The notes under the pieces were generated by a model that had not been told where the DNA came from, ran no database searches, and was given only the letters and a program-made list of their open reading frames with translations. The position numbers and the translations under genes are program-made. 32,000 nucleotides of DNA. Origin: Crocosphaera subtropica ATCC 51142. GTDB lineage: Bacteria; Cyanobacteriota; Cyanobacteriia; Cyanobacteriales; Microcystaceae. Location: contig NC_010546.1 in the NCBI RefSeq assembly GCF_000017845.1, forward strand, positions 3,630,001 through 3,662,000. Direction: 5' to 3'. This document shows, piece after piece, positions 15,563 through 24,406 of this stretch (position 1 is the first letter of the stretch; the number at the start of each line of letters is the position of its first letter).

Positions 15563-15584
15563 CTAAGTAGTCAGCCTGATTGCT

Positions 15585-15596
15585 TTGTGATCACAA
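15585..15596. promoter_or_regulatory. Perfect 12-bp palindrome TTGTGATCACAA upstream of porin B; candidate operator
   Basis: It lies about 40-50 nt upstream of the porin B ATG. A related half-site, TTGTGATTGTG, occupies the equivalent position upstream of porin A (13427-13437). Confidence 0.25.
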
Positions 15597-15746
15597 TCTA
15601 GCCTAAAAACACTATTTCAATTAATTTGGTTAAGAGAATATGAGCAAATCATCATCTCTTAATTAAAATTTTACATTAAAAATAAAATAATTAGTTCTCA
15701 CCGAAGCTTGTGCCTTGTGCTTTTTGCCTTTCCATTCCTATCGCCT

Positions 15747-16415
15747 TCAACCCCGATGACCAGTAACAATATAAGAAACACGTTGAGCAATATTGGTGGC
15801 GTGATCGGCCATTCTTTCTAAATGACGAATAATCAGAGCAAGCAGTAAAAACGGTTCAATAAACCCTAGTATGTCTCGCTGATACGCTAAGCGATGATAA
15901 AGATGATCATAGGCATCATCCACGGTATCATCTAACTTTTTAACCCGTTTTCCGGCTCCTGCATCTAAGTCAGCTAAGGCTACTAAACTGGTCGCTAACA
16001 TCATTTGGGCATGGTTAGACATAAGAGCAATCTCTGTCATACAATCATGGGATTCATAGGGGAATAATTTAACCGCTATTTCTCCTAAATCTTTGGCATA
16101 GTCTCCAATCCTTTCTAAATCTCTCACTAACTGCATAAAGGCACTTAAGAGGCGTAAATCTTGAGCCACCGGAGATTGTAGAGTCATTAATGTGGCGCAG
16201 TCCAGTTCAATTTTGCGATAGTAACGATCAATTTGTTTATCTAAAATAGGAATTTTGTGAGCAGCATCAATATCTCGTTCAAACAAAGCTTGATGACTGA
16301 GTCGAAAGGATTCTTCGACTAAGGTTCCCATTCGCAATACTTCTTGTTCTAGTCGTTTAAGACAGCGTTGAAAGTAAGTGCTTTCGGGATAATTATCTGG
16401 GGAAGATATATTCAC
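15747..16415 (-). CDS. phoU: Phosphate signalling complex protein PhoU (SphU-type)
   Basis: 222-aa ORF with two PhoU repeats carrying conserved metal-binding-type motifs (LERIGDYAKDL and LERMADHATNIA). It uses a GTG start. Confidence 0.9.
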   Translation of the reverse strand: MNISSPDNYPESTYFQRCLKRLEQEVLRMGTLVEESFRLSHQALFERDIDAAHKIPILDKQIDRYYRKIELDCATLMTLQSPVAQDLRLLSAFMQLVRDLERIGDYAKDLGEIAVKLFPYESHDCMTEIALMSNHAQMMLATSLVALADLDAGAGKRVKKLDDTVDDAYDHLYHRLAYQRDILGFIEPFLLLALIIRHLERMADHATNIAQRVSYIVTGHRG

Positions 16416-16598
16416 AACACTATTCTTAACCTCTATCTAATATTATTTTATTAAAAAATTAATTTAACTATCGTTCTATATAGTCTCTATAGTTCTACCA
16501 TAGCGTTATTCCTATCTTAATTACAATAAATTGCAACATAAATTTAGTTTAAGATTTTTCAGTTTAATTAAATAAAAAGTTAAGAACTCACCAACGGT

Positions 16599-17891
16599 TT
16601 AAAGGTCTTTGGTTAATAGAATTTGTATCCAAGCTCCTCCTATATCGGGATGATTTTCTGCAGTAATTGTTCCTCCGTGAGCTTGTATAATTTCCTGGGC
16701 GATGGCCAGACCTAATCCGCTTCCCGTCCGTAAAGACTCGCTGTCAACTCCTTGTCGAGTTCGGGAGGGATCGCCTCGATACAAACGATTAAAAATGTAG
16801 GGTAAATCTTTTTCCAAAAAGCCTGATCCTTGATCTAAAATACTAATTTCTATGGTTTGATTTTCTAGATTATCTGTCAGATTTACCAGAATTTGACTAT
16901 GATGGGGACTATGTTTGATGCTATTATCAAATAAATTAATAAAGACTTGAATTAAGCGAGAGCGATCGCCAGATATTTCTACTTTTTCTATCCCTTGAGT
17001 GTTTAAATTAATTTGTTTTTGTTGTGCGATGGGTTCGACAACTTGCCAGGCAGCTAATAAGATTTCATTTAATTCTACTGGTTCTAAGGATAAACTTTGA
17101 TGGGGATTTTCTTGTAATTGACTGAGTTCTAACCAATCTTCGACTAAATTAATAAGACGGTGGGTTTCTTGTAGCATTTGTGTGGCCCGACGACGTTCTG
17201 GATCTTGTAAACGTCCTTCTAACCACTCAGAAACTAGAGAAATAGAGGTTAAAGGGGTTCTTAATTCATGGGTCAAATCGGACAAAGCGCGATCGCGGGA
17301 ACGGGATAACTCCACTAGGGGTTGTTGGTTATGGATAAAGACAACAACTTGTCCTTGAGGTAGGGGATAACCAAATCCTTTTAAAGCCACAGAACTGCTA
17401 TTTAGGGGTTTTGCCTCATAAGTCTGGTTTTTAGGGCTTGATGATACATAATTAGGCGGGTAGAACGTCCATTCACTAACTTGAGGGGTTTGAGTTTGAC
17501 GGGTTTGTTCGATCAGTTGATCCAGTTCATAAGATCGAACTAATTCTAGGAGTAAACGAATTTGTCCTGGTTGCCAGCGATCAATCTGTAATAAAGTCTG
17601 GGCTTGCTGATTACACCATAATAATTGATTTTCTTCATCGACCCGTAAATAAGCAATGGGTGCCAAATCTAAAATTTGCTGTTTCAGGTTTAATTCCTGT
17701 TGTTGTTGGTCATATTGCTGCTGAATATACACAATTTCTCTTTTAATGAGAGTCAAGGCAGGTAAGGCATCTAATAACTCTTCTGTATCGGGAGATACGG
17801 TTAAAACGTCTTTTAATTGGGCTTTTAGGCGATAACGGTTCCAGAGAAGAAGTATTATGCCTAATAGGAAACCAAGGATAAATGAGTACAA
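16599..17891 (-). CDS. Sensor histidine kinase, PhoR/SphS-like
   Basis: 430-aa ORF with an N-terminal hydrophobic helix, a PAS-like region, the H-box SDLTHELRTPLTSI, the N-box NLFDNSIKHSP, and the G-boxes DQGSGF and GSGLGLAIAQEI. It lies immediately upstream of phoU. No response regulator is adjacent. Confidence 0.8.
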   Translation of the reverse strand: MYSFILGFLLGIILLLWNRYRLKAQLKDVLTVSPDTEELLDALPALTLIKREIVYIQQQYDQQQQELNLKQQILDLAPIAYLRVDEENQLLWCNQQAQTLLQIDRWQPGQIRLLLELVRSYELDQLIEQTRQTQTPQVSEWTFYPPNYVSSSPKNQTYEAKPLNSSSVALKGFGYPLPQGQVVVFIHNQQPLVELSRSRDRALSDLTHELRTPLTSISLVSEWLEGRLQDPERRRATQMLQETHRLINLVEDWLELSQLQENPHQSLSLEPVELNEILLAAWQVVEPIAQQKQINLNTQGIEKVEISGDRSRLIQVFINLFDNSIKHSPHHSQILVNLTDNLENQTIEISILDQGSGFLEKDLPYIFNRLYRGDPSRTRQGVDSESLRTGSGLGLAIAQEIIQAHGGTITAENHPDIGGAWIQILLTKDL

Positions 17892-18055
17892 AATTACATC
17901 AGGGATTGAGAATACATTGCATTTATTGTAGTGATAGATGAAAGTTTAGTAAAAGGCAAAACTAAAATATTTCAATGAAGGTTAATAAGTAGTATATTAT
18001 TCGTTTATATTTCATTGGGCTAGACTAATTAATAAGTAATGGTATTTTTTAGATT

Positions 18056-19186
18056 ATGACCCATACTAATTCTAGACCAAATCCTATCATTATTGCTCAT
18101 CGTGGTGCCAGTGCTTTTCGTCCTGAACATACGTTAGAAGCCTATGAATTAGCGATTGATTTAGGTGCGGATTTTATTGAACCTGATCTAGTTGTAACCA
18201 GGGATGGGATATTAATTGCCCGCCATGAAAATGAATTATCAGGAACTACAAATGTGGCAGAAATTGATGATTTTTCTAATAGAAAAACCACAAAACTGAT
18301 TGATGGAAATACAGTTGATGGATGGTTTGCAGAAGATTTTACGTTAGCAGAATTAAAAACATTACGAGTCAAGGAGCGTATTCCGAAGATTAGACCGCAT
18401 AATAAACAGTTTAATGGATGTTTTGAAATTCCAACCCTCGAAGAAATTATTGATTTAGCGAAGCAAAAAACGACAGAACTCGGTCGTAATATTGGTATTT
18501 ATCCCGAAACTAAACATCCAACTTTCTTTGCTAAAGAGGGAAAATTTTTCGGAGGAAGTGAACATGAAAATCTCATTAATATTTCTTTAGGACAGTTATT
18601 AATTAACACCTTAATAAAAAAAGAATTTACTGATCCGACTAGACTATTTATTCAATCCTTTGAGTTTGAAAATTTGCTAGAACTACAAAACAGTATTATG
18701 CCCAAATTTGGAATCAATATTCCCTTGATTCAACTTTATGGTTCTACTCTTTTACCCACTCAAAATAGTTTTCAAAAACCTTATGATGTTATCTATAATA
18801 TTAAATTGGGTGCAAATATATCAGCTATTTATGGCGACTTAGTTAATACTTGTAAATTAGGCTTATTAAATAGTTTAATAGGTTATGGTCACTTAGATAA
18901 TAAACATACTTTACACTATATTAGTGATACTTATGCTTCTGGTATTGGGGTATGGAAAAATAATCTTTTATCGCCTATTTCTATTTCTTTAATAGAGGAT
19001 GCTCATGAAGCAGGTTTATGGGTTCATTGTTATACATTTCGTCCAGAAGAAGAGTATTTAACCGTAAAACCTGATGGAACATTACAAACCATGATAGAAG
19101 AAATTGAACAATTAATTAACATGGGAGTTGATGGTTTTTTCTGTGATGATCCCGCTACTTGTCGTGAAATTATACCAATAGCTTAA
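18056..19186 (+). CDS. Glycerophosphodiester phosphodiesterase (GDPD family)
   Basis: 376-aa ORF whose N-terminus, IIAHRGASAFRPEHTLEAYELAIDLGADFIEPDLVVTRDGILIARHENEL, carries the GDPD catalytic motifs. There is no signal peptide. The gene is visibly more A+T-rich than its neighbours. Confidence 0.9.
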   Translation: MTHTNSRPNPIIIAHRGASAFRPEHTLEAYELAIDLGADFIEPDLVVTRDGILIARHENELSGTTNVAEIDDFSNRKTTKLIDGNTVDGWFAEDFTLAELKTLRVKERIPKIRPHNKQFNGCFEIPTLEEIIDLAKQKTTELGRNIGIYPETKHPTFFAKEGKFFGGSEHENLINISLGQLLINTLIKKEFTDPTRLFIQSFEFENLLELQNSIMPKFGINIPLIQLYGSTLLPTQNSFQKPYDVIYNIKLGANISAIYGDLVNTCKLGLLNSLIGYGHLDNKHTLHYISDTYASGIGVWKNNLLSPISISLIEDAHEAGLWVHCYTFRPEEEYLTVKPDGTLQTMIEEIEQLINMGVDGFFCDDPATCREIIPIA

Positions 19187-19207
19187 AATTCACCTACACA
19201 TTTTTTT

Positions 19208-19231
19208 AGGGGTCAACAGCCGTTGACCCCT
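19208..19231 (+). terminator. Intrinsic terminator after the GDPD gene, in the convergent gap with ndhD
   Basis: A perfect 10-bp stem AGGGGTCAAC/GTTGACCCCT encloses the 4-nt loop AGCC and is followed by AATTAATTTTT. Confidence 0.6.
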
Positions 19232-19275
19232 AATTAATTTTTAGTTCATCAGTATTTTATTTAACTCAACAGTTA

Positions 19276-20877
19276 TTAATCAATTTCTGGCGCAACCAAC
19301 ACTGTTGAAGCTAACTCTTCATTAATGTTATCTTGACGAGACATTTCTTGCTGTTGAGCAATGGTAGGTAAAGCAGAACGGGCTTTAGAAGCTACTTCTA
19401 CGGTTTTAACGTCATAGGTTGTAGTGGCTAACTTAGGATATAGACCAATACCAATGATAGGGAGTAACAAGCAAGCAGTGATGAAAACTTCACGGGGTTT
19501 TGCATCTAAGCTAAAGCCATCTAACTTTAACCCTTCGTTCTTTTCTCCGTAGAAAACAACCCGTAACATGGATAAGAGATAAATGGGGGTTAAAATTAAG
19601 CCTACCGCAGTTAAAAAGATAACCACCGTTTTGAAGGTAGAACTATAGACATCACTATTAGCCACACCTAAGAATACGGTTAATTCTGCCACAAACCCAC
19701 TCATTCCAGGTAATGCCAAAGATGCCATAGAGGCTGCGGTAAATAAAGCGAAGGTTTTGGGCATTTTCTTCGCTAAACCGCCCATTTCGTCCATCATCAA
19801 GGTATGAGTCCGTTCATAAGTGCTACCACAGAGGAAGAATAAGGCTGCTGCTATTAAACCATGAGACACCATTTGCAAAACAGCCCCATTCATTCCTAAC
19901 TCTGTAAAGGAGGAAATTCCTATCAGAACAAACCCCATGTGAGAGATAGAAGATGAAGCGAGACGGCGTTTGAGGTTAGTTTGACCAAAGGCGGTAAATG
20001 CCCCGTAAACTACATTAACCACCCCTAAAATAAGCAGTAAGGGAGCAAACTTAATATGGGCATCCGGTAACATTTCGATGTTGAAGCGAATTAACCCATA
20101 ACCCCCCATTTTCAATAATACACCTGCTAAAATCATGGAGACGGGGGCAGAGGCTTCGCTGTGAGCATCTGGTAACCAAGTATGTAAGGGGAAAATGGGA
20201 AGTTTTACCCCAAAAGCGATTAAAAATCCTGCGTAAGCCAAGACTTCTAAAGCCAGAGGAAAGTCTTTCATTCCTAACTGGGCCATATCAAAAGTAACGG
20301 TGTCACCGTAGAAGGCCATACCTAGGGCGGCCACTAAGATAAAGATGGAAGCAAGGGCTGTATATAAAATAAATTTTGTGGCTGCATAAAGACGCTTTTT
20401 GCCACCCCAAATAGAAATTAATATATAAACGGGGACTAACTCTAGTTCCCACATAAAGAAGAACAATAGTAAGTCTTGTGCAGCAAATACGCCCATTTGT
20501 GCGCTATATAGCACTAACATCAGAAAATAGAACAAACGAGGCTTTTTCTCGACTCGCCAAGATGCTAATAACGCTAAAGTGGTAATTAGGCCTGATAAAA
20601 CAATTAAAGGCATCGATAAGCCATCGATGCCTACTGACCAGTTTAATCCAAGTTGAGGAACCCAAGCATAGGTTTCTTCTAGTTGAAAATTGCTGTTATT
20701 GAAGTTGTATTCGTTGAAAACTGCGTATATCGTTAAAGCGAAGTTGAATAAACCTACCCCTAAAGCATACCAACGGACTGTCTTTCCTTCTTTGTCGGGG
20801 ATCAAAGGAATGGCAAAAGCGGCTACTAAAGGGACGAGGATGATTGCTGTAAGCCAGGGAATTTCGGTAATAACCAT
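19276..20877 (-). CDS. ndhD: NAD(P)H-quinone oxidoreductase (NDH-1) subunit 4, NdhD1/D2-type
   Basis: 533-aa polytopic membrane ORF with the typical NdhD N-terminus ([33 protein letters not shown]) and proton-antiporter-like core motifs ([39 protein letters not shown]). Confidence 0.9.
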   Translation of the reverse strand: MVITEIPWLTAIILVPLVAAFAIPLIPDKEGKTVRWYALGVGLFNFALTIYAVFNEYNFNNSNFQLEETYAWVPQLGLNWSVGIDGLSMPLIVLSGLITTLALLASWRVEKKPRLFYFLMLVLYSAQMGVFAAQDLLLFFFMWELELVPVYILISIWGGKKRLYAATKFILYTALASIFILVAALGMAFYGDTVTFDMAQLGMKDFPLALEVLAYAGFLIAFGVKLPIFPLHTWLPDAHSEASAPVSMILAGVLLKMGGYGLIRFNIEMLPDAHIKFAPLLLILGVVNVVYGAFTAFGQTNLKRRLASSSISHMGFVLIGISSFTELGMNGAVLQMVSHGLIAAALFFLCGSTYERTHTLMMDEMGGLAKKMPKTFALFTAASMASLALPGMSGFVAELTVFLGVANSDVYSSTFKTVVIFLTAVGLILTPIYLLSMLRVVFYGEKNEGLKLDGFSLDAKPREVFITACLLLPIIGIGLYPKLATTTYDVKTVEVASKARSALPTIAQQQEMSRQDNINEELASTVLVAPEID

Positions 20878-21180
20878 AAGCTAGGAATAAATACTCAGGT
20901 TTGCTTAATGCCATTATATAAACTTTTGTAACGATTTGAAAAGAGATGTTACCTAAAAATTTTTTAGGCTTACAATTTATTTAAGTCTATATATTTTTTA
21001 TTTTTCATTTAAAAAATACAATGTGTAGCATAACACTTGTTTGGACAGGTTGAGGAGAACAAAAGTTCTGCCTTACAGGTAATATAGATTATTGTTGATA
21101 GTTCAAAAGTCAAACATGGTAATTTGTTTTAGGAGACAAATTTATGAAAGCTTATTGAATAAGCATCGGAGAGTTAAATC

Positions 21181-21819
21181 TTGGGCGTTGAATTAAGAAG
21201 TTACGTTTATCTAGATCGTTTACAATCTCAACACGCAGCCTATATTGGAACCGTTGCATTAGGATTTTTGCCTTTGCCGGGGGATGCTTCTTTGTGGATT
21301 GAAATTTCCCCAGGGATAGAAATCAACCGTATTACTGATGTGGCATTAAAATCGGCGGTGGTTCGTCCTGGGGTTCAATTTGTCGAACGACTTTATGGCC
21401 TCTTAGAAATTCATTCAACTAACCAAGGAGAAACCAAAGCAGCCGGACAAGCTATTTTAGCTGCATTAGGAGTTAAACGGCGAGATTGTCTCAAACCAAG
21501 GGTGGTTTCTAGTCAAATCATTCGTAATATCGACGCTTATCAAGCACAATTGGTTAATCGTAACCGACGGGGACAAATGTTACTCGCAGGACAAACTTTA
21601 TATGTTCTTGAGGTTCAACCAGCGGCCTATGCAGCGTTAGCAGCTAATGAAGCGGAAAAAGCAGCGTTAATCAACATTTTACAAGTGTCAGCTATTGGCA
21701 GCTTTGGACGGCTATATTTAGGAGGAGAAGAACGAGATATTATTGCAGGATCTCAAGCTATTTTAGCCTCTTTAGAAAATGTCCCAGGACGAGAACACGG
21801 TCAAACGTCGAATGAGTAG
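21181..21819 (+). CDS. ccmP: Carboxysome shell tandem-BMC-domain protein CcmP
   Basis: 212-aa ORF. From memory, [12 protein letters not shown]...[17 protein letters not shown]...[48 protein letters not shown] matches the conserved CcmP family (about 213 aa, two BMC domains). It uses a TTG start preceded by GGAGAG. Confidence 0.75.
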   Translation: MGVELRSYVYLDRLQSQHAAYIGTVALGFLPLPGDASLWIEISPGIEINRITDVALKSAVVRPGVQFVERLYGLLEIHSTNQGETKAAGQAILAALGVKRRDCLKPRVVSSQIIRNIDAYQAQLVNRNRRGQMLLAGQTLYVLEVQPAAYAALAANEAEKAALINILQVSAIGSFGRLYLGGEERDIIAGSQAILASLENVPGREHGQTSNE

Positions 21820-21860
21820 GGAATAAGTTAATGTTTCCACAACAATTGATGATCAACAAA

Positions 21861-22109
21861 CTAGGGATTGCCGATCCATCCAAACATCTTAGCTAACCCT
21901 CCTAATAAGGCAACAATTAAACCGATGACCACACCTCGATTAATGAACTCTTGATAATCTAATCGTTTTCCTAAACCATCGACTTTCTCTTCTAATCTAG
22001 CTTGTCCTACTTTTAACTCGGTGACATCTTTTTGAAGGGTGTCTATTTTGTCCTCAATCCGTTTTAGGATTTCTGCTAAGTCATAAGTAACGGTAACAGG
22101 TTCATTCAT
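21861..22109 (-). CDS. Small coiled-coil protein with a C-terminal transmembrane anchor (function unknown)
   Basis: 82-aa ORF with a heptad-like segment (ILKRIEDKIDTLQKDVTELKVGQARLEEKVDGLGKRLD) followed by a hydrophobic tail (VVIGLIVALLGGLAKMFGWIG). Confidence 0.6.
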   Translation of the reverse strand: MNEPVTVTYDLAEILKRIEDKIDTLQKDVTELKVGQARLEEKVDGLGKRLDYQEFINRGVVIGLIVALLGGLAKMFGWIGNP

Positions 22110-22205
22110 GAGTTACACTCCTAATAGAATCTTTTTTCTGATGTCCCCTCGTGGTGGCCGACTGCTTTTATTTTAGTTAAATTAATTCAAACTAATGGAA
22201 TTCCA

Positions 22206-22877
22206 ATGGAAGGATCAACAGAACCTTTATTACAGTTATCTGATGTCGGTTTGAGTGATCCTTTGGGAAGACATCAGTTGTTAGAGAATATTTCTTTTAT
22301 GGTGAATAAAGGCGATCGCTGTTGCATTGTTGGCCCCTCTGGATCAGGTAAAACGACTCTATTACGTCTCATTAATCGTTTACTAGATCCCACCACCGGA
22401 TCAATTTTATTTCAATCGCAACCCTTATCAAAATTTCAGGTTATTTCTCTACGTCAAAAAATAGTTTTAGTTCCTCAAGAACCTAAACTATTAGGGATGA
22501 CAGTCCAAGAAACCTTAGTTTATCCTCTCACATTACAAAAATTGTCTCAAAGTGAAATTAATCAACGACTAGACTACTGGCGATCGCAATTATCTATCCC
22601 AGATGATTGGTTAGAACGCAATGAGTTACAACTATCCCTAGGACAACGACAATTAATTACTATTGTCAGAGGTTTAATGATGCAACCTACCTTATTATTA
22701 TTAGATGAACCCACCTCTGCTTTAGATCGTGACAAAGCCTTGCAACTCATCGAAGTGTTAAAGACTATAACAACAGATACTCAAATGACCATTCTTATGG
22801 TAAACCATCAATTAGAACTGGTAGAAAAATTGACAACACAAGTTCTAAAATTAAACCGAGGCAAACTACAAACGTGA
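22206..22877 (+). CDS. ABC transporter ATP-binding protein with no adjacent permease (FetA/YbbL-like size)
   Basis: 223-aa ORF with Walker A GPSGSGKTT, signature LSLGQRQ, Walker B LLLLDEPTSALD and the H-loop VNHQ. Confidence 0.9.
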   Translation: MEGSTEPLLQLSDVGLSDPLGRHQLLENISFMVNKGDRCCIVGPSGSGKTTLLRLINRLLDPTTGSILFQSQPLSKFQVISLRQKIVLVPQEPKLLGMTVQETLVYPLTLQKLSQSEINQRLDYWRSQLSIPDDWLERNELQLSLGQRQLITIVRGLMMQPTLLLLDEPTSALDRDKALQLIEVLKTITTDTQMTILMVNHQLELVEKLTTQVLKLNRGKLQT

Positions 22878-22989
22878 GTTCGGAGTTAGGAGTTAAGAGT
22901 TATGGTTTTGGCAAAAAGATTATCAAGTTTTGTCAGTTATCTCTCAATTTCCTTATGTCGAACCCAAGTAACTGATAACTGGTAACTGA
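22875..22989 (+). repeat. Short structured (MITE-like) repeat 'Y', copy 2, flanked by inverted heptamer arrays
   Basis: The left array is TGAGTTC GGAGTTA GGAGTTA AGAGTTA (22875-22902). The core TTTTGTCAGTTATCTCTCAATTTCCTTATGTCGAACCC matches 6403-6443. The right array, TAACTGA TAACTGG TAACTGA (22969-22989), is the inverted counterpart of the left array; 15 of 21 positions can pair. Confidence 0.6.
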
Positions 22990-22992
22990 ATA

Positions 22993-24363
22993 ATGGACTC
23001 TTCTAATCATCAACCCTATAAAAGCAAACTATTTAATTTTGTCAACCGTCAATCTTTACGGTGGCGCGATCGCTTGATTCGTAGCGTACAATACCTTAGA
23101 GTAGGGACAGAATGGAGCTTACAAATCCTGATTTACCCCATTTATTTAATGGTACAAGCAGGACGAGCCACCCGTAAACAGTTAAGATTAGGTTTCACTC
23201 AAAAAGCATTACCAATCAATAAAAATAACACGGTTTCTTCTACTCCTAAAGTTGATCGACCCCTAACACGGGTTTTCCAAGAAACAGAACATTGTCTAAC
23301 CCAAAGTAAAACCCAAAAAAAGACGAAAAATGAAACACAAACCTCTCCTGTTATGATTCAAGGAGTGGCGAGTGAAATGGATAGTCATGACTTAGTTTTA
23401 GTAGCTGAAAATAATACAATTATTGATATTCTTTCTGAGACACAACAAAAGCATTTAAAGAAATATATTCGCTTAGAAACAGCTAATTATTGGTATGATT
23501 TCAAACAACAGAAAAAGGAGAATCTCGGCTTAATTTCTATCTTTTCGCCGGAAGAAGATCATGTTTTACCTCCTATTCGTTGGTTTTGGCAGGTAATGCG
23601 TTGGATGCAAACGGGAACGTTAGCTATGACTCTAGATTTCTTTGGAGAATCTTCTTTAGTTCCTGTCATTCCACAAAATACCATTACTACTCTATCAAAA
23701 AAATCACAATTTTCTGAACAAGAAAATAGCATAAAATCCTTACAATTATCTGCTTCTGTCCATCAAAAATTACAACAATGGAGAGAACATATTAAACAAA
23801 AAAGTAACGAGTCTTTAAATATTGATAATGAAAATCCTTTTCGCCTAGAATTTCTGATTTATGCTGCCATTGACTACTTTTTTAATCGGGTGATTCCTCC
23901 CCAGCCATTAACATCAGGTTCACAGCAGAATACGTTACAATCATCATCTGAAAAAATAGATCATCCTTGGTTGTCTTGGCGTGATTTATATGAAGAAAAT
24001 CCTTCAGTGCATATTCCTGCTACTGTTTCATCTTCTTCTCCTTTTTTATACCAAGGTAATTTTTCCCATTATCAAGCAAAAAAGTCTTTTAAAAAAAGGG
24101 AAAAAAGAAATAAGAAATCTTTAATTCAATCTTCAACTAAATTACAAAAAACTAATAACCTTCAACAATCTAATCGTTCTGATTTTCTTCAGTCTAACCA
24201 TCAAATAGATAAAAGTCTATCACATTGGGTAGACACAGAAGCCAAAAGCAGTGGTTATGTTAAACACCCTTTAGTTAGGGTATTAGAATGGCTAGACTCA
24301 GCTATTCATTGGCTAGAAGAAATAGTCAATAACTTAAGCAGATTTTTACGAAAAAGACGCTAA
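22993..24363 (+). CDS. Hypothetical protein with a low-complexity Q/K/S/N-rich centre
   Basis: 456-aa ORF with one hydrophobic segment near the N-terminus (WSLQILIYPIYLMVQAG). The termini are more ordinary in composition, and there is a basic patch (KKSFKKREKRNKKS). I recognise no domain. Confidence 0.6.
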   Translation: MDSSNHQPYKSKLFNFVNRQSLRWRDRLIRSVQYLRVGTEWSLQILIYPIYLMVQAGRATRKQLRLGFTQKALPINKNNTVSSTPKVDRPLTRVFQETEHCLTQSKTQKKTKNETQTSPVMIQGVASEMDSHDLVLVAENNTIIDILSETQQKHLKKYIRLETANYWYDFKQQKKENLGLISIFSPEEDHVLPPIRWFWQVMRWMQTGTLAMTLDFFGESSLVPVIPQNTITTLSKKSQFSEQENSIKSLQLSASVHQKLQQWREHIKQKSNESLNIDNENPFRLEFLIYAAIDYFFNRVIPPQPLTSGSQQNTLQSSSEKIDHPWLSWRDLYEENPSVHIPATVSSSSPFLYQGNFSHYQAKKSFKKREKRNKKSLIQSSTKLQKTNNLQQSNRSDFLQSNHQIDKSLSHWVDTEAKSSGYVKHPLVRVLEWLDSAIHWLEEIVNNLSRFLRKRR

Positions 24364-24406
24364 TTGATCTTGCAAGGAGAACAGTAAATAGGTATTCATG
24401 TTAAAA

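Noticed and set aside
15631-15663. 8-bp inverted repeat TTAAGAGA...TCTCTTAA downstream of phoU as a terminator
   Set aside because: The stem is A/T-rich with a 17-nt loop, and there is no U-tract in the phoU transcription direction. The support is too weak to call a terminator.
16425-16432. Exact Pho-box octamer CTTAACCT next to the phoU start, and two exact octamers (TTTAATTA, CTTAACCA) 33 bp apart upstream of porin B (about 15621-15661, minus strand)
   Set aside because: These are single or non-adjacent octamers. The intervening 11-bp-phased positions do not match, the first lies only about 10 nt from the start codon, and such matches are expected by chance in A+T-rich DNA.
20690-20914. 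ORFs 20690-20884 (+) and 20696-20914 (-) at the 5' end of ndhD
   Set aside because: They overlap the conserved NdhD N-terminus and are shadow or alternative-frame ORFs.
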